This document shows, in pieces, positions 35,953-46,055 of a DNA stretch of 64,000 nt. The notes under the pieces are model-generated. The model searched no databases and was not told the DNA's origin. It saw nothing but the letters and a program-made list of their open reading frames with translations. Within the stretch, counting starts at the first letter, position 1. Each line of letters opens with the position of its first letter. The stretch comes from an uncultured Planctomycetia bacterium (GTDB lineage Bacteria > Omnitrophota > Gorgyraeia > Tantalellales > Tantalellaceae): assembly GCA_964409365.1 (NCBI GenBank), contig CAYPCX010000003.1, forward strand, positions 84,577 through 148,576, written 5' to 3'. The translations under genes were made by a program, and so were the position numbers.

Positions 35953-38319
35953 ATGATATCTTTATTGCGGAACCGCAGCATAGCGTTCAAGCTCGTATTC
36001 TTCATCCTCTCAAGTTGCACTTTCATTTTCGCGGTCGTCTTCAGCTATAATTACGGTGTTTCCCGGGGAATAGTCTTAGACAGGATAGACGACCTGGCGC
36101 GTACCCTTACCGCCGGCGCTGTCAATAAGATAGAGTCCGTGCTGCTTCCCGTAGAAAAGATACCGGAACATCTCGCCCTCGCGCTGGGAAAGCACTTTCA
36201 CACCAGGGAAGAGCTCGAAGAACTGCTTTTTTCCGTCGTGGACAAGAACCCCGAGATATACGGCGCCGCCATAGCCTTCGCACCTTACAAGTTCGACCCG
36301 AACGTCTCCGACTTGGCGCTTTACTTCTACAGAAGGGACGGCGAGGTGCGGTCCGCCGACCTCGGCAGCGATTCGTACTCGTACCGCAAATGGGACTGGT
36401 ACACGGTCCCTAAAAAGCTCGAACGCCCGGTATGGAGCGAACCTTACTTCGACAAGGGCGGGGGCGAGACGCTGATGACCACCTATTCGGTCCCGTTCTA
36501 CCGGGAAACGGGCGGGGAGAAGGAATTCCTGGGGATCGCCACCGCGGATATGTCCCTCGTCGGGCTCCAGAAATTCATCGCCTCCATCAAGGTGGGGAAG
36601 ACCGGTTACGGATTTCTCATTTCCAAAAAAGGGACCCTGATCACGCACCCCGAGACGGACCTTGTCATGGACAAGACCATCCAGGAAGTGGCCAGGCTCC
36701 GGAACAACCCGGCACTGCTCAAGATCGGCGGGCAGATGATGCGGGGCGAAATAGGTTTCGCCCCCGTGAAAGATACATCCACCGGGAAAGAAACATGGAT
36801 GGCCTTCGCTCCCGTGCCCGCCAGTGACTGGTCGTTCGCGGTCATGTTCCCTAAGGGTGAGCTCATGCAGGACCTCCACGCCCTCAACAGGGCCGTCCTT
36901 GTCATCGGCTTGACCGGACTGGTGTTCCTGGCACTGGCGATCACCCTTTTTTCGAACTCTATAACAAAACCCCTTAGGGTCCTGGCCATCAAGACAAAGG
37001 ACGTGGGAAGCGGACATCTGGATTTCGAGCTCCCGCCGGCAAGATCGAAGGACGAGGTCGGCAGCCTTACCGAGTCCTTCCGGCACATGAAAGACGCGCT
37101 CAAAAGATACATAACGAAGCTGACCGAGACCACGTCCGAGAAGGAAAAGATCCAGAGCGAGCTGAAGATCGCGCAGCGCATCCAGATGGATATTCTTCCC
37201 AAGGTGTTCCCGCCCTTCCCGGAAAGGGAAGAGTTCGATATCTTCGCTATGATGAGGCCGGCCAAGGAAGTGGGCGGGGATTTCTACGACTTTTATTTCA
37301 TCGACGAGGACCACCTCTGCCTCGCCATAGGCGACGTCGCGGATAAAGGCGTTCCGGCGGCGCTTCTCATGGCCATGACCAAGACCTACATGAAATCGAC
37401 GGTGAAGGTGATACATAACGTGCCCGGCGTCATGTACAAGACCAACAAGGAACTCTGCATCGGGAACGATTCGGGCATGTTCGTCACCGCTTTCTGCTGC
37501 ATCCTGAACGTCAAAACGGGCGAGGTCTTTTCCTCCAACGCGGGGCACAACCCGCCCCTGGTGATCCGCAAGGGAAAGGACCCCGAATTTCTCGAAGAGG
37601 ATTCCGGTTTCGCGCTGGGCGCCTTTGAAGACGTTTTCTATGAGGAGCAGAAGATGGTCCTCAGGCCCGGGGACACCCTGCTTTTGTACACTGACGGCGT
37701 AACGGAAGCCATGAACAGGGAAAGGCAGCTCTTCTCCGAAGAAAGGCTGCGAAAAGGGCTGTCAAAACACCGTGACGACCCGATAAAGGAAATGGTCGAG
37801 AAGCTGGTGAGCGGAATAGATTCTTTCGCCCGGGGCGCTCCCCAGTCCGACGACATAACGGTCATGGTGCTCAAGTATTACGGCAAGGGAAGCACTGGCG
37901 CAGAACAAAAGAACAACGGTAAGATGACCCTCAAGAACGACCTCCCCGAGATCAGGAGGATGGCGGGCATCATGGACAGCTTCGGGAAAGCGAACGGCCT
38001 GTCACAGGAGCTGATAAACGACGCGAACCTCGCCCTGGAAGAGATCGTGAATAACATCATATATTACGCCTATGAAGATAAAAAAGAACACCTTATACAC
38101 GTGCGCATGAACATCGAAAGCGGGGAGCTCGTCCTGGAAGTGGCCGACGACGGCAAACCCTTCGACCCCCTGAGCGCCCCGGTATCGGATACCGATAGGC
38201 CCATCGAAGAAAGGACCGAAGGCGGCCTGGGTATATTCCTCTCCCGGAGAATCATGAACTCGATGGAATACAAACGGGAAGACGGAAAGAACATCCTGGT
38301 GATGAAAAAGAAGATATGA
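35953..38319 (+). CDS. Multidomain partner-switching regulator: TM - Cache-like sensor - HAMP - PP2C (SpoIIE/RsbU) phosphatase - HATPase_c (RsbW/SpoIIAB-like kinase)
   Basis: N-terminal TM + ~270-aa extracytoplasmic domain; second TM + HAMP (VGSLTESFRHMKDAL); PP2C motifs GGDFYDF, GDVADKG, LYTDGVTEA; C-terminal ATPase GGLGIFLSRRIM. Confidence 0.8.
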   Translation: MISLLRNRSIAFKLVFFILSSCTFIFAVVFSYNYGVSRGIVLDRIDDLARTLTAGAVNKIESVLLPVEKIPEHLALALGKHFHTREELEELLFSVVDKNPEIYGAAIAFAPYKFDPNVSDLALYFYRRDGEVRSADLGSDSYSYRKWDWYTVPKKLERPVWSEPYFDKGGGETLMTTYSVPFYRETGGEKEFLGIATADMSLVGLQKFIASIKVGKTGYGFLISKKGTLITHPETDLVMDKTIQEVARLRNNPALLKIGGQMMRGEIGFAPVKDTSTGKETWMAFAPVPASDWSFAVMFPKGELMQDLHALNRAVLVIGLTGLVFLALAITLFSNSITKPLRVLAIKTKDVGSGHLDFELPPARSKDEVGSLTESFRHMKDALKRYITKLTETTSEKEKIQSELKIAQRIQMDILPKVFPPFPEREEFDIFAMMRPAKEVGGDFYDFYFIDEDHLCLAIGDVADKGVPAALLMAMTKTYMKSTVKVIHNVPGVMYKTNKELCIGNDSGMFVTAFCCILNVKTGEVFSSNAGHNPPLVIRKGKDPEFLEEDSGFALGAFEDVFYEEQKMVLRPGDTLLLYTDGVTEAMNRERQLFSEERLRKGLSKHRDDPIKEMVEKLVSGIDSFARGAPQSDDITVMVLKYYGKGSTGAEQKNNGKMTLKNDLPEIRRMAGIMDSFGKANGLSQELINDANLALEEIVNNIIYYAYEDKKEHLIHVRMNIESGELVLEVADDGKPFDPLSAPVSDTDRPIEERTEGGLGIFLSRRIMNSMEYKREDGKNILVMKKKI

Positions 38320-39092
38320 CCCCTAAAGAGCAGCGGATCAGTTTCAAGTCAAAGGACGGCGTTACCCTGCGGGGCATCCTGACAACTCCCGGCGAAAAAG
38401 CAAAAGAGGCCGTCATATTCGCCCACGGCATCACGGGGGAGAAGGACGAAGGCGGCCTTTACGCGAAGCTCTCCCGGCTCTTCGCCGGTAAAGGTGTCGA
38501 GAGCCTGCGCTTTGATTTCAGGGGACACGGTGAAAGCGGCGGAAAGCCGTGGACGGTAACGATAAAAGGGGAACTTGACGATCTCGCGGCGGCCGTGGAC
38601 CTCGTCAGGGCCCGGGGATATGAGAAGGTCGCTATCATCGGCTTCAGCTTCGGGGGCGGGATAACCGTTCTTTATGCCGGCAGAAAACCCCGGAACGTTT
38701 CCTGCATCACGCTTTTATGCCCGGTACTCGATTACCGGAAGACCTTTCTGGAACCCGAGACCGCCGAAGCGGCGAAATGGTTCTCCCCGGAGGCGATAGC
38801 CCGGGCAAAACGAACGGGCAGGCTCGACCTTGCCGGGTTCCCCCTGGGGCATGGCCTCCTGAAGGAGCTTAGCAGGTACAAACCCGGCCAGACCCTTTTA
38901 AAACTCGAGGTGCCGTGCTTGATAATCCACGGGACAGATGATAATATGGTCCCTTATACCGTCGCCCGGTATTACGGCAGGAAATACGAAAAAGGCGAAT
39001 TCCTGTCCGTCAAGCGTGCGAGTCACAGTTTTAAAGGGTTTGAAGGCAGGATCGCCCCGACGATCACCAACTGGGTCTTGAAATGGATATAG
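38316..39092 (+). CDS. Alpha/beta hydrolase (GFSFGG nucleophile elbow)
   Basis: HGITGE, RGHGESGG, GFSFGGG; overlaps upstream stop (ATGA). Confidence 0.7.
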   Translation: MTPKEQRISFKSKDGVTLRGILTTPGEKAKEAVIFAHGITGEKDEGGLYAKLSRLFAGKGVESLRFDFRGHGESGGKPWTVTIKGELDDLAAAVDLVRARGYEKVAIIGFSFGGGITVLYAGRKPRNVSCITLLCPVLDYRKTFLEPETAEAAKWFSPEAIARAKRTGRLDLAGFPLGHGLLKELSRYKPGQTLLKLEVPCLIIHGTDDNMVPYTVARYYGRKYEKGEFLSVKRASHSFKGFEGRIAPTITNWVLKWI

Positions 39093-39994
39093 AACTTTAT
39101 TCAGGTACTATAATATCTATCCCGTTCGGCAAGCACAAGATCGACGCTCGCTTGTACCACATCGTCTCCGACAAAGAACATTTGAAGGAAAAGCCGGTGA
39201 TCCTGCGCCTTCACGGCACTTTGGGCAACCTCCTGGACGAGACCGAATATTACCTGCCGACCGTCCTTTCAAAGAACGATTATTCTTCGCTTACGACCAA
39301 CACCCTGCTTTCCAATCTGGGGCTTTTTTTCGGGTTCGGGGTTTTCGACGATACCATGCCGCAGATAGAAAGGGTATGCGCGTTCCTCAAGGAACTGGGT
39401 TTCAAAAAAATAGTCCTTTCGGGCCACGGCGTAGGCGGCTGCATGGCGGTAAGATACGCGGCATGGAAGGCCGAGGAAGGTAAAGCCGACGAGATAGCCG
39501 GGGTCATAGCGGTAACGACCCCGTATTCCCTGCCGGAGACCACCCGCAACCGGTGGAAAAAGTTCGGAAGCGAACCTTCCTACGACGAGGTTCATGAAAA
39601 AGCCGACCGTATCCTTCATCCCGCCCCGGGGGAGGAACAACCGGGTGACGAGATAATCGTGGTAGAAAAAGCTCAGGGGCCTACGCGCCTGCCGAAGGAC
39701 ACCGAGGTATACACGCTGAGAACATGGTGGTCGCTCACCGGACCTGAGGCCGAGGGCACTAAGGTCTACAAGCATATAGGTAAGATAAAAGCGCCGCTGC
39801 TTTTGATACACGGCCTGCAGGACGAGTTCATCGGCCACAAAAAGACGGGCGAGCTGCCCATAATAGCCGCCGAGGCGGGGAACAGGGACGTGACGCAGAT
39901 ATTCCTTTCCACTGGGCATAAAATGGACGACATGCAGGACGAGCTCGGGGACATAATAATTAAGTGGCTCAATAAAAGGTTCACGAAAGACTAA
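39083..39994 (+). CDS. Alpha/beta-hydrolase-fold paralog lacking the nucleophilic Ser (GHGVGG instead of GxSxG), probable pseudo-enzyme
   Basis: Collinear with the 39996-40916 protein (LHGTLGN/IHGLLGH, YSSLTTNT/YSSLSINT, GIFDDT, TWW.L/MAGPEA, YKHIGK); Ser replaced by Gly at the elbow. Confidence 0.6.
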   Translation: MDIELYSGTIISIPFGKHKIDARLYHIVSDKEHLKEKPVILRLHGTLGNLLDETEYYLPTVLSKNDYSSLTTNTLLSNLGLFFGFGVFDDTMPQIERVCAFLKELGFKKIVLSGHGVGGCMAVRYAAWKAEEGKADEIAGVIAVTTPYSLPETTRNRWKKFGSEPSYDEVHEKADRILHPAPGEEQPGDEIIVVEKAQGPTRLPKDTEVYTLRTWWSLTGPEAEGTKVYKHIGKIKAPLLLIHGLQDEFIGHKKTGELPIIAAEAGNRDVTQIFLSTGHKMDDMQDELGDIIIKWLNKRFTKD

Positions 39995-39995
39995 G

Positions 39996-40916
39996 ATGGA
40001 AATAAAGTTCAACGAGTTCCAGTATCTGATGAGGTTCAAGGCCGCGGACGGCTTTACGGTAAGCGCGTACCTTATGCCGGCGGATTGCGGGGACGACACG
40101 GACCTTATGGAAGTACCCGTCCTTTTGCAGATACACGGGCTTCTCGGCCATTTTCTCTCAAGAGGCACCCCGCGCCAGCTCCCGCGCGCTCTCTATAAAA
40201 AAGGCTACAGCTCACTTTCCATAAACACAAGGCTCGCTTACGCCGGCCAGATCAACGGCACAGGCATCTTCGACGATACCATCAAAGACATAGACGCCGC
40301 GATAGCGTTCCTGAACGACAGAGGTTTCAGGAACATTTTCATCCTCGGCTACAGCCTCGGGGCCGCGATGCTTGTGTACTGGGCCTCACAGAGAAAAGAA
40401 GAGAACGTGAGGGGTTTGATCCTCGAGGGCGCACACTACTCGATCCCGGATTCATGGAAGAACGATTTCCACAAGTGGGGCAGCACCCCGAGCTATGAAG
40501 AGCTTTACGAGAAAGCGAAAACCGTGCTGGGAGACGACCCGTACAACAGCCCCAACGACGAGACCTTCGTAGTGTACCAGTCCCGGGGGCCCAACCACGA
40601 ACCCATAAGCAGCGAGATCTTCACTTACAAGACCTGGTGGTTCATGGCCGGACCCGAGGCCGGCAACGCCATGGCCTATAAGCATATCGGCAAGGTCAAA
40701 CTGCCCATACTGATCCTGAGGGGCGTGGATGATTTCCTGGTCGAGGACTGGGAGCCCGGGGCGCTGAAAAAAATAGCGCGGGACGCCGGCAATAAGAACG
40801 TGAAGATGATCGATGTTCCCGGGGCAAGGCACGACTGCATGGAGAACTCGGTGGTAATGATGCAGCATATCGTCGAGATGTTCTCCGAAGACAGCAAATA
40901 TAAGGAGGGGTCATGA
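39996..40916 (+). CDS. Alpha/beta hydrolase paralog (GYSLGA nucleophile elbow, intact)
   Basis: See paralog above; Ser present. Confidence 0.65.
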   Translation: MEIKFNEFQYLMRFKAADGFTVSAYLMPADCGDDTDLMEVPVLLQIHGLLGHFLSRGTPRQLPRALYKKGYSSLSINTRLAYAGQINGTGIFDDTIKDIDAAIAFLNDRGFRNIFILGYSLGAAMLVYWASQRKEENVRGLILEGAHYSIPDSWKNDFHKWGSTPSYEELYEKAKTVLGDDPYNSPNDETFVVYQSRGPNHEPISSEIFTYKTWWFMAGPEAGNAMAYKHIGKVKLPILILRGVDDFLVEDWEPGALKKIARDAGNKNVKMIDVPGARHDCMENSVVMMQHIVEMFSEDSKYKEGS

Positions 40917-41821
40917 AAAGGGCGGCTATTCTCTTACTGGTCGCGATCTTCACTTTTACAGGGATTTTTTCCGCGGCCGCGGCAGAGAAACAATTATCAT
41001 CCATCACGATAAAAAGGATCAAGGACGCGATCGCGAAACTGGAAGACCCCGCGCGCGGCGTCCAGCGAAAAGGCTACAGGCAAGTAAAGGATTTCGGCGA
41101 GGCCGCGGTACCGTACATTACGGAAGAGCTGAAAAAGAAAGATGTCAATTTCGAAGCGAAGGCGCTCATGTGCGACATCTGCGGCGAGATAAAGGCGAAG
41201 GCCGCGGTGCCCGCTCTCATCGATACGATCAGGAACCCTTCGGCCACGGTGCGCGCGGCCGCGGCCAGGGCCCTCGGTAAGATCGGGGAGGCCCAGGCGG
41301 TCGACTCGCTTCTTCAAGCCACGCAGGACAAAGACGACCAGGTGAGGGCCGAAGCGATATGGGCGCTTAACCCTTTCGGCGACCTGCGGATACCCCCGAG
41401 GGCCGTCGAAATGCTCGGTGACGGCGACGATACGGTCCGTCTGAACGCCGCCAAGTACCTCGACGGCCACCCCTACACGGCGGCTTCCGGGCCGCTGCGC
41501 GAGGCGCTGGCCGGCGACGAATTCGCCTCCGTGCGCATGACGGCGGCGCAGGCCCTCGGCAACCTTAGGGACGATGCCGCGGTAGGCACGCTCTCGGAGT
41601 CGCTGGCCGAGGACACCTCAGAAGCCGTGCGCCGGGCGTGCGCGATCGCCCTCGGCACGATCAAAAGCAAGAAAGCTATCCCCGCCCTTATAGCGGCTCT
41701 TAAAGACGACTATAAAGACGTCCAGCTGAGCGCGGCCGAGTCCCTCAAATCGATCACAAAAAAGGATTTCGGCCGTGATCAAAAAGAATGGAACGAGTGG
41801 TACACCCGCAAAAAGAAGTAA
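40913..41821 (+). CDS. Secreted HEAT-repeat (PBS-lyase-type) protein
   Basis: Signal peptide; repeated V-R-x-A-A-x-ALG-x-IG / D-x-V-R units. Confidence 0.75.
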   Translation: MKRAAILLLVAIFTFTGIFSAAAAEKQLSSITIKRIKDAIAKLEDPARGVQRKGYRQVKDFGEAAVPYITEELKKKDVNFEAKALMCDICGEIKAKAAVPALIDTIRNPSATVRAAAARALGKIGEAQAVDSLLQATQDKDDQVRAEAIWALNPFGDLRIPPRAVEMLGDGDDTVRLNAAKYLDGHPYTAASGPLREALAGDEFASVRMTAAQALGNLRDDAAVGTLSESLAEDTSEAVRRACAIALGTIKSKKAIPALIAALKDDYKDVQLSAAESLKSITKKDFGRDQKEWNEWYTRKKK

Positions 41822-41946
41822 GACGCAAACACCACCCTCCCGCGATCAAAAGTTGTATTTGACTTGATTTTTTAGCAGGATATATTACAATATACTCATA
41901 TAGTTATATATCAATCTGTGTTTTTGAGCAATAAGAAAAGAGCCAT

Positions 41947-42642
41947 ATGGAAATCAAAAAAGCCCGGCAGATCCTGAAATCCTTAGCGGACGATACCCGC
42001 CTGAGGATAGTCAACCTGCTAGAAAAGCAGGAATTGACCGTGAACGAGCTTTGCCTGCTTTTGGATAAAAAGCAGCCGAACGTGTCGAAACATCTCACAA
42101 GGCTGCGGCTGACGGAGATCGTTCGGGACAGGCGCAGCGGCAACAAAGTATTTTATTTTATCCCCAAAACCGCGGGCGAAAAGCATAATAGGCTGCCCAA
42201 GGCCATAATGAAGGAACTTTCCGGGATGGAAAGGTTCAAAAGGGATGAAATGAGACTGAAAGAATTGATTAAGAAAAAAACCCGACAAAGGAGAGAGATC
42301 ATGAAAAAACTGTTGGTGGCGTGCGTGGCAATAACGGCCGTTATTCTTTCTTTCGGGATGAACGGCGCTTCGTTCGCCCAGGAAACCGATTCGGACTGGG
42401 TGTACGGGGAGATCGTTAGCGTCTCGGGCAACAGGATCACTGTGAGCGAAACGGAGTATAACGAAGATACGGGCGAAAAGATCGAAACGGAAACGATCTA
42501 CGCGGCGAACCCTGATATGGAGACAGAGAACATCACCTCCATCCAAGAGCTCAAGGGGGGAGAAACTGTAGACATCGAATACGTGGAGGTGGACGGCAAG
42601 AAGCAGATCACGTACCTGTACGTATATATTGAGGAAGAATAA
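41947..42642 (+). CDS. ArsR/SmtB-type HTH regulator fused in-frame to a TM segment and acidic extracytoplasmic domain
   Basis: N-terminal LADDTRLRIVNLLEKQELTVNELCLLLDKKQPNVSKHLTRLRLTEIV (winged HTH); residues ~122-140 MKKLLVACVAITAVILSF hydrophobic; C-terminal E/T-rich ~90 aa. Confidence 0.5.
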   Translation: MEIKKARQILKSLADDTRLRIVNLLEKQELTVNELCLLLDKKQPNVSKHLTRLRLTEIVRDRRSGNKVFYFIPKTAGEKHNRLPKAIMKELSGMERFKRDEMRLKELIKKKTRQRREIMKKLLVACVAITAVILSFGMNGASFAQETDSDWVYGEIVSVSGNRITVSETEYNEDTGEKIETETIYAANPDMETENITSIQELKGGETVDIEYVEVDGKKQITYLYVYIEEE

Positions 42643-42678
42643 TAAAAAACCATATTTTCAGGCGGGAAAGATACTACC

Positions 42679-43971
42679 ATGGGTAAAAAGAATTTTCTCT
42701 TTGTTTCCTGGGACGGGTATATAGGCGACATAGCCTGGCAGGTCGTCAAAGAAGGCCACGAGGCCAAGTATTATATCCGGAACGAGGATAACCAGGACAT
42801 AGTCGACGGTTTCGTCCCCAAGACGGAGAACTGGGAAAAAGAGATCGACTGGGCTGATGTTATCGTCTTCGACGACGTCCTGGGGCAGGGCGCGATAGCG
42901 CAAAAACTGCGGGAGGCGGGTAAAAAGGTCGTCGGCGGCACTGAATACACCGACAAGCTCGAGGACGACCGCTCTTTCGGACAGGAAGAGCTGAAAAAAG
43001 CCGGCATAAACATCCTTCCATACCGTGAATTCTCCTCGTTCGACGATGCCATAGAATATGTCAATAACAACCCCGACAGGTACGTTGTGAAACCCAGCGG
43101 GGAAGCCCAGAACATCAAGCGCATGCTGTTCGTGGGGGAAGAAGAGGACGGCAGGGACGTCATCCAGGTGCTCGAGGCCTACAAGAAAGTGTCAACGGAA
43201 GACATCCGGGTGTTCCAGCTGCAGAAAAAGGTCACGGGGGTCGAGATCGCCGTTGGTGCCTTTTTCAACGGGGAACAATTCGTGTATCCCATAAACATAA
43301 ATTTCGAGCACAAGAAACTTTTCCCCGGACAGATAGGCCCTTCTACCGGAGAGATGGGGACGTCGATGTACTGGGGCGGCGTGAACAAGATATTCAACTC
43401 CACGCTACTTAAGCTCAAACCCCGCCTGAAGGAAGAGAAGTACGCGGGGTACATAGACCTCAACTGTATCGTCAACGCGAACGGCATCTACCCGCTGGAA
43501 TTTACCGCCCGCTTCGGCTACCCGACGATCTTTATACAGCAGGAAGGGATACAGATACCGATGTCCGATTTTCTGTACGGCCTCGCCGAAGGCACCCTCT
43601 CAGAGTTCAAGGTAAAAAAAGGGTTCCAGGTAGGGGTGAGAATAGTCGTTCCGCCTTACCCGTTCGAAGACCAGGACACTTTCGAGCGTTATTCCAACAA
43701 TGCCGCCGTGCTTTTCAAAAAGCAGAACCACGACGGTATCCACATCGAGGACGTGAAGAACATCAACGGCCAATGGCTCGTCGCCGGCACTTCCGGCGTA
43801 GTGCTGGCCGTGGTAGGGACGGGACAGACCATGAAACAGGCCCAGAACCAGGTCTACGCCAGGATAAAGAACATACTGATACCTAACATGTATTACAGGA
43901 CCGATATAGGCGACAGGTGGTTCGAGGACTGCGATAAACTGCATACCTGGGGTTACCTGAGAGAGGTTTGA
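42679..43971 (+). CDS. ATP-grasp enzyme, phosphoribosylamine-glycine ligase (PurD/GARS)-like, divergent
   Basis: ATP-grasp A-domain pattern FGQEELKKAGINILPY...RYVVKPSGEAQNIKRMLFV; PurD-like length 430 aa; N-domain atypical. Confidence 0.5.
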   Translation: MGKKNFLFVSWDGYIGDIAWQVVKEGHEAKYYIRNEDNQDIVDGFVPKTENWEKEIDWADVIVFDDVLGQGAIAQKLREAGKKVVGGTEYTDKLEDDRSFGQEELKKAGINILPYREFSSFDDAIEYVNNNPDRYVVKPSGEAQNIKRMLFVGEEEDGRDVIQVLEAYKKVSTEDIRVFQLQKKVTGVEIAVGAFFNGEQFVYPININFEHKKLFPGQIGPSTGEMGTSMYWGGVNKIFNSTLLKLKPRLKEEKYAGYIDLNCIVNANGIYPLEFTARFGYPTIFIQQEGIQIPMSDFLYGLAEGTLSEFKVKKGFQVGVRIVVPPYPFEDQDTFERYSNNAAVLFKKQNHDGIHIEDVKNINGQWLVAGTSGVVLAVVGTGQTMKQAQNQVYARIKNILIPNMYYRTDIGDRWFEDCDKLHTWGYLREV

Positions 43972-43972
43972 A

Positions 43973-44560
43973 ATGGACCCGCACGGCGCGTTCATCAACT
44001 ACGTTTTTTTACCCGGCTTGATATTCCTCATGAGGATAGCGGACGTCAGCATGGGGACGATAAGGATAATTTTCGTCTCCAGGGGGATAAAGATATTCGC
44101 CGCTATACTCGGATTTTTCGAGGTGCTGATCTGGCTTTTCGCGATCAGCCAGATAATGAAGAACCTGAACAACCCCATGCATTACGTCGCTTACGCGGCG
44201 GGGTTCGGGATGGGCAATTTTGTCGGGATCTCGATAGAGAAATGGCTCTCGATGGGTAACAGGACCGTCAGGATAATCACGAAGAAAGACGCCGCCGACC
44301 TGATCAGGGCCCTGAGGGCGAAAGGGTTCGGCGTCACCAGTATCGACGGAGAAGGGGCCGACGGTATGGTCAAGCTCATTTTCACCGTGCTCAGGCGGAA
44401 CCATGTCTCGGACGTGGTAAAATTGATCAAAAAATTCAACCCGAACGCCTTCTATACAGTTGAAGACATACGATATGTCCGGGAAGACAATATCTACCCC
44501 CTGAGATCGGATACAGGGCCATTCCGGAGACTGCTTTCTTCGATATACAAGAAGAAATGA
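43973..44560 (+). CDS. UPF0316/DUF2179-family membrane protein
   Basis: RIADVSMGTIRIIFVSRG, FFEVLIWL, C-terminal GFGVTSIDGEGADGMVKLIFTVLRR...NPNAFYTVEDIRYV. Confidence 0.7.
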   Translation: MDPHGAFINYVFLPGLIFLMRIADVSMGTIRIIFVSRGIKIFAAILGFFEVLIWLFAISQIMKNLNNPMHYVAYAAGFGMGNFVGISIEKWLSMGNRTVRIITKKDAADLIRALRAKGFGVTSIDGEGADGMVKLIFTVLRRNHVSDVVKLIKKFNPNAFYTVEDIRYVREDNIYPLRSDTGPFRRLLSSIYKKK

Positions 44561-44573
44561 CCCGCGCGAAAAA

Positions 44574-45998
44574 CTACAGCATCAAGCTAAGCTCTTCCAG
44601 TGACTTGCATTTGGTCTCGACCCTAAAGACGAGCGTGACCATGAAGGCAAGGACCGAGAATATCGCCAGCATCACGAGTGTGAAAGTGATACCCGCCGCC
44701 GCTTTGACCACGGGCAGCAGGAATATACCGAAAGCCGCCCCTATCTTGGCCACCGCCGCTGAAAAGCCGTGTCCCGACCCCCTCAAGCTTGTCGGATAAA
44801 GTTCGGCGGGCAGCACAAAGGTCGTCGCGTTCGGCCCCATGTTCATCAAGACATTGAATATGATAAATCCTGAGAAGACCAGCACGAGGTTCCAGGTATG
44901 GCCCACAACGACTATAGAGGATACCGCCAGAACCAGCAGCCCTAAGGCCATCCCGCCGAAACCGAAAAGCTGCAGTTTTATGCGCCCCCATTTATCGATC
45001 AAGAGGATGTTCAGCAAAAACCCTATCGCGAGAAAGATATCGAGGAACATCGCGCCCTCGGTGGCCTTGAAATCCCTTGCGATCGTGCCAAGGCCTTCTC
45101 CCGAAAAAGCCATGGACGCCAGGATTATCGGCGTAAAAATGCCCACGCCGTAAGTGGCGATATCCATCAGGAACCAGGGCACAGCCGAGAGGATCGTGCG
45201 CCTGATGTGCTTCCGGGAAAAGAGGGCCTTGTAGTCCACCTTTTTCACCTTAACGTCGCCGGGCAGACTGTGGGCTTTTGCCGCCAGCACGTGGAGTTCC
45301 TCCTCCTTGGAAGGCACGAGCTTCCTGATCACTTTCGCCGCGTCCTTGTTCTTATTGTGCAAAAGGTACCACCGGGCGCTTTCCGGCACGGTGGTCCTGA
45401 GGATTATGACCACGAGCGCCGGCAGGGCGCCGAAAGCCAGCATGTAGCGCCAGGCCTGGAAAGAGGGGAATACTTTCAAGATCACCAGGCCCATGAACGC
45501 CGCGGCGGCCATTCCGAGGGCCTGAAAACTGAAAGCGCTTATGAGCATCCGCCCGCGCACCCGGGCCGGCATGAACGCCGAGATATACGAAGCGCATATG
45601 GGATAATCCGCCCCGATACCGATACCCAGCAGAAACCTGAATATAATAAGCGAGGTCACGTTCCAGGATACGGCACAGAATAAAGATAAGATAATAAAAA
45701 CTACAAGATCGAGTATATATAACGCCTTGCGTCCCCAGCGGTCGGTCAGGGTGCCGCCGACCGACGCGCCCACGACCGCGCCCAGGAGCGCCGCGGCGCC
45801 TATTAAACCGACGATCCGCGGGGTCGTCGGGAAAGTCTTCATGATAAGGGGCATGGCCACCCCTATAATGAAAAGATCGAACCCGTCCAGGAATATACCC
45901 ATAGCGGACAGCCACCATATCCTCCAGTGGATCGGCCTCAAGGGGGCGTTATCCATCAGTTCCGTCATCTCTCTATGTATCAGATCGCGCTTATTCAT
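44574..45998 (-). CDS. MFS transporter (sugar-porter/metabolite:H+ symporter type)
   Basis: 12 TM; GRK loop motif DRWGRKALY; 474 aa. Confidence 0.8.
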   Translation of the reverse strand: MNKRDLIHREMTELMDNAPLRPIHWRIWWLSAMGIFLDGFDLFIIGVAMPLIMKTFPTTPRIVGLIGAAALLGAVVGASVGGTLTDRWGRKALYILDLVVFIILSLFCAVSWNVTSLIIFRFLLGIGIGADYPICASYISAFMPARVRGRMLISAFSFQALGMAAAAFMGLVILKVFPSFQAWRYMLAFGALPALVVIILRTTVPESARWYLLHNKNKDAAKVIRKLVPSKEEELHVLAAKAHSLPGDVKVKKVDYKALFSRKHIRRTILSAVPWFLMDIATYGVGIFTPIILASMAFSGEGLGTIARDFKATEGAMFLDIFLAIGFLLNILLIDKWGRIKLQLFGFGGMALGLLVLAVSSIVVVGHTWNLVLVFSGFIIFNVLMNMGPNATTFVLPAELYPTSLRGSGHGFSAAVAKIGAAFGIFLLPVVKAAAGITFTLVMLAIFSVLAFMVTLVFRVETKCKSLEELSLML

Positions 45999-46055
45999 GA
46001 CGTTCAGTATCTTTTTCTGTTCCTTTCCGGCAAAAATAAGATATACTATATCGAA

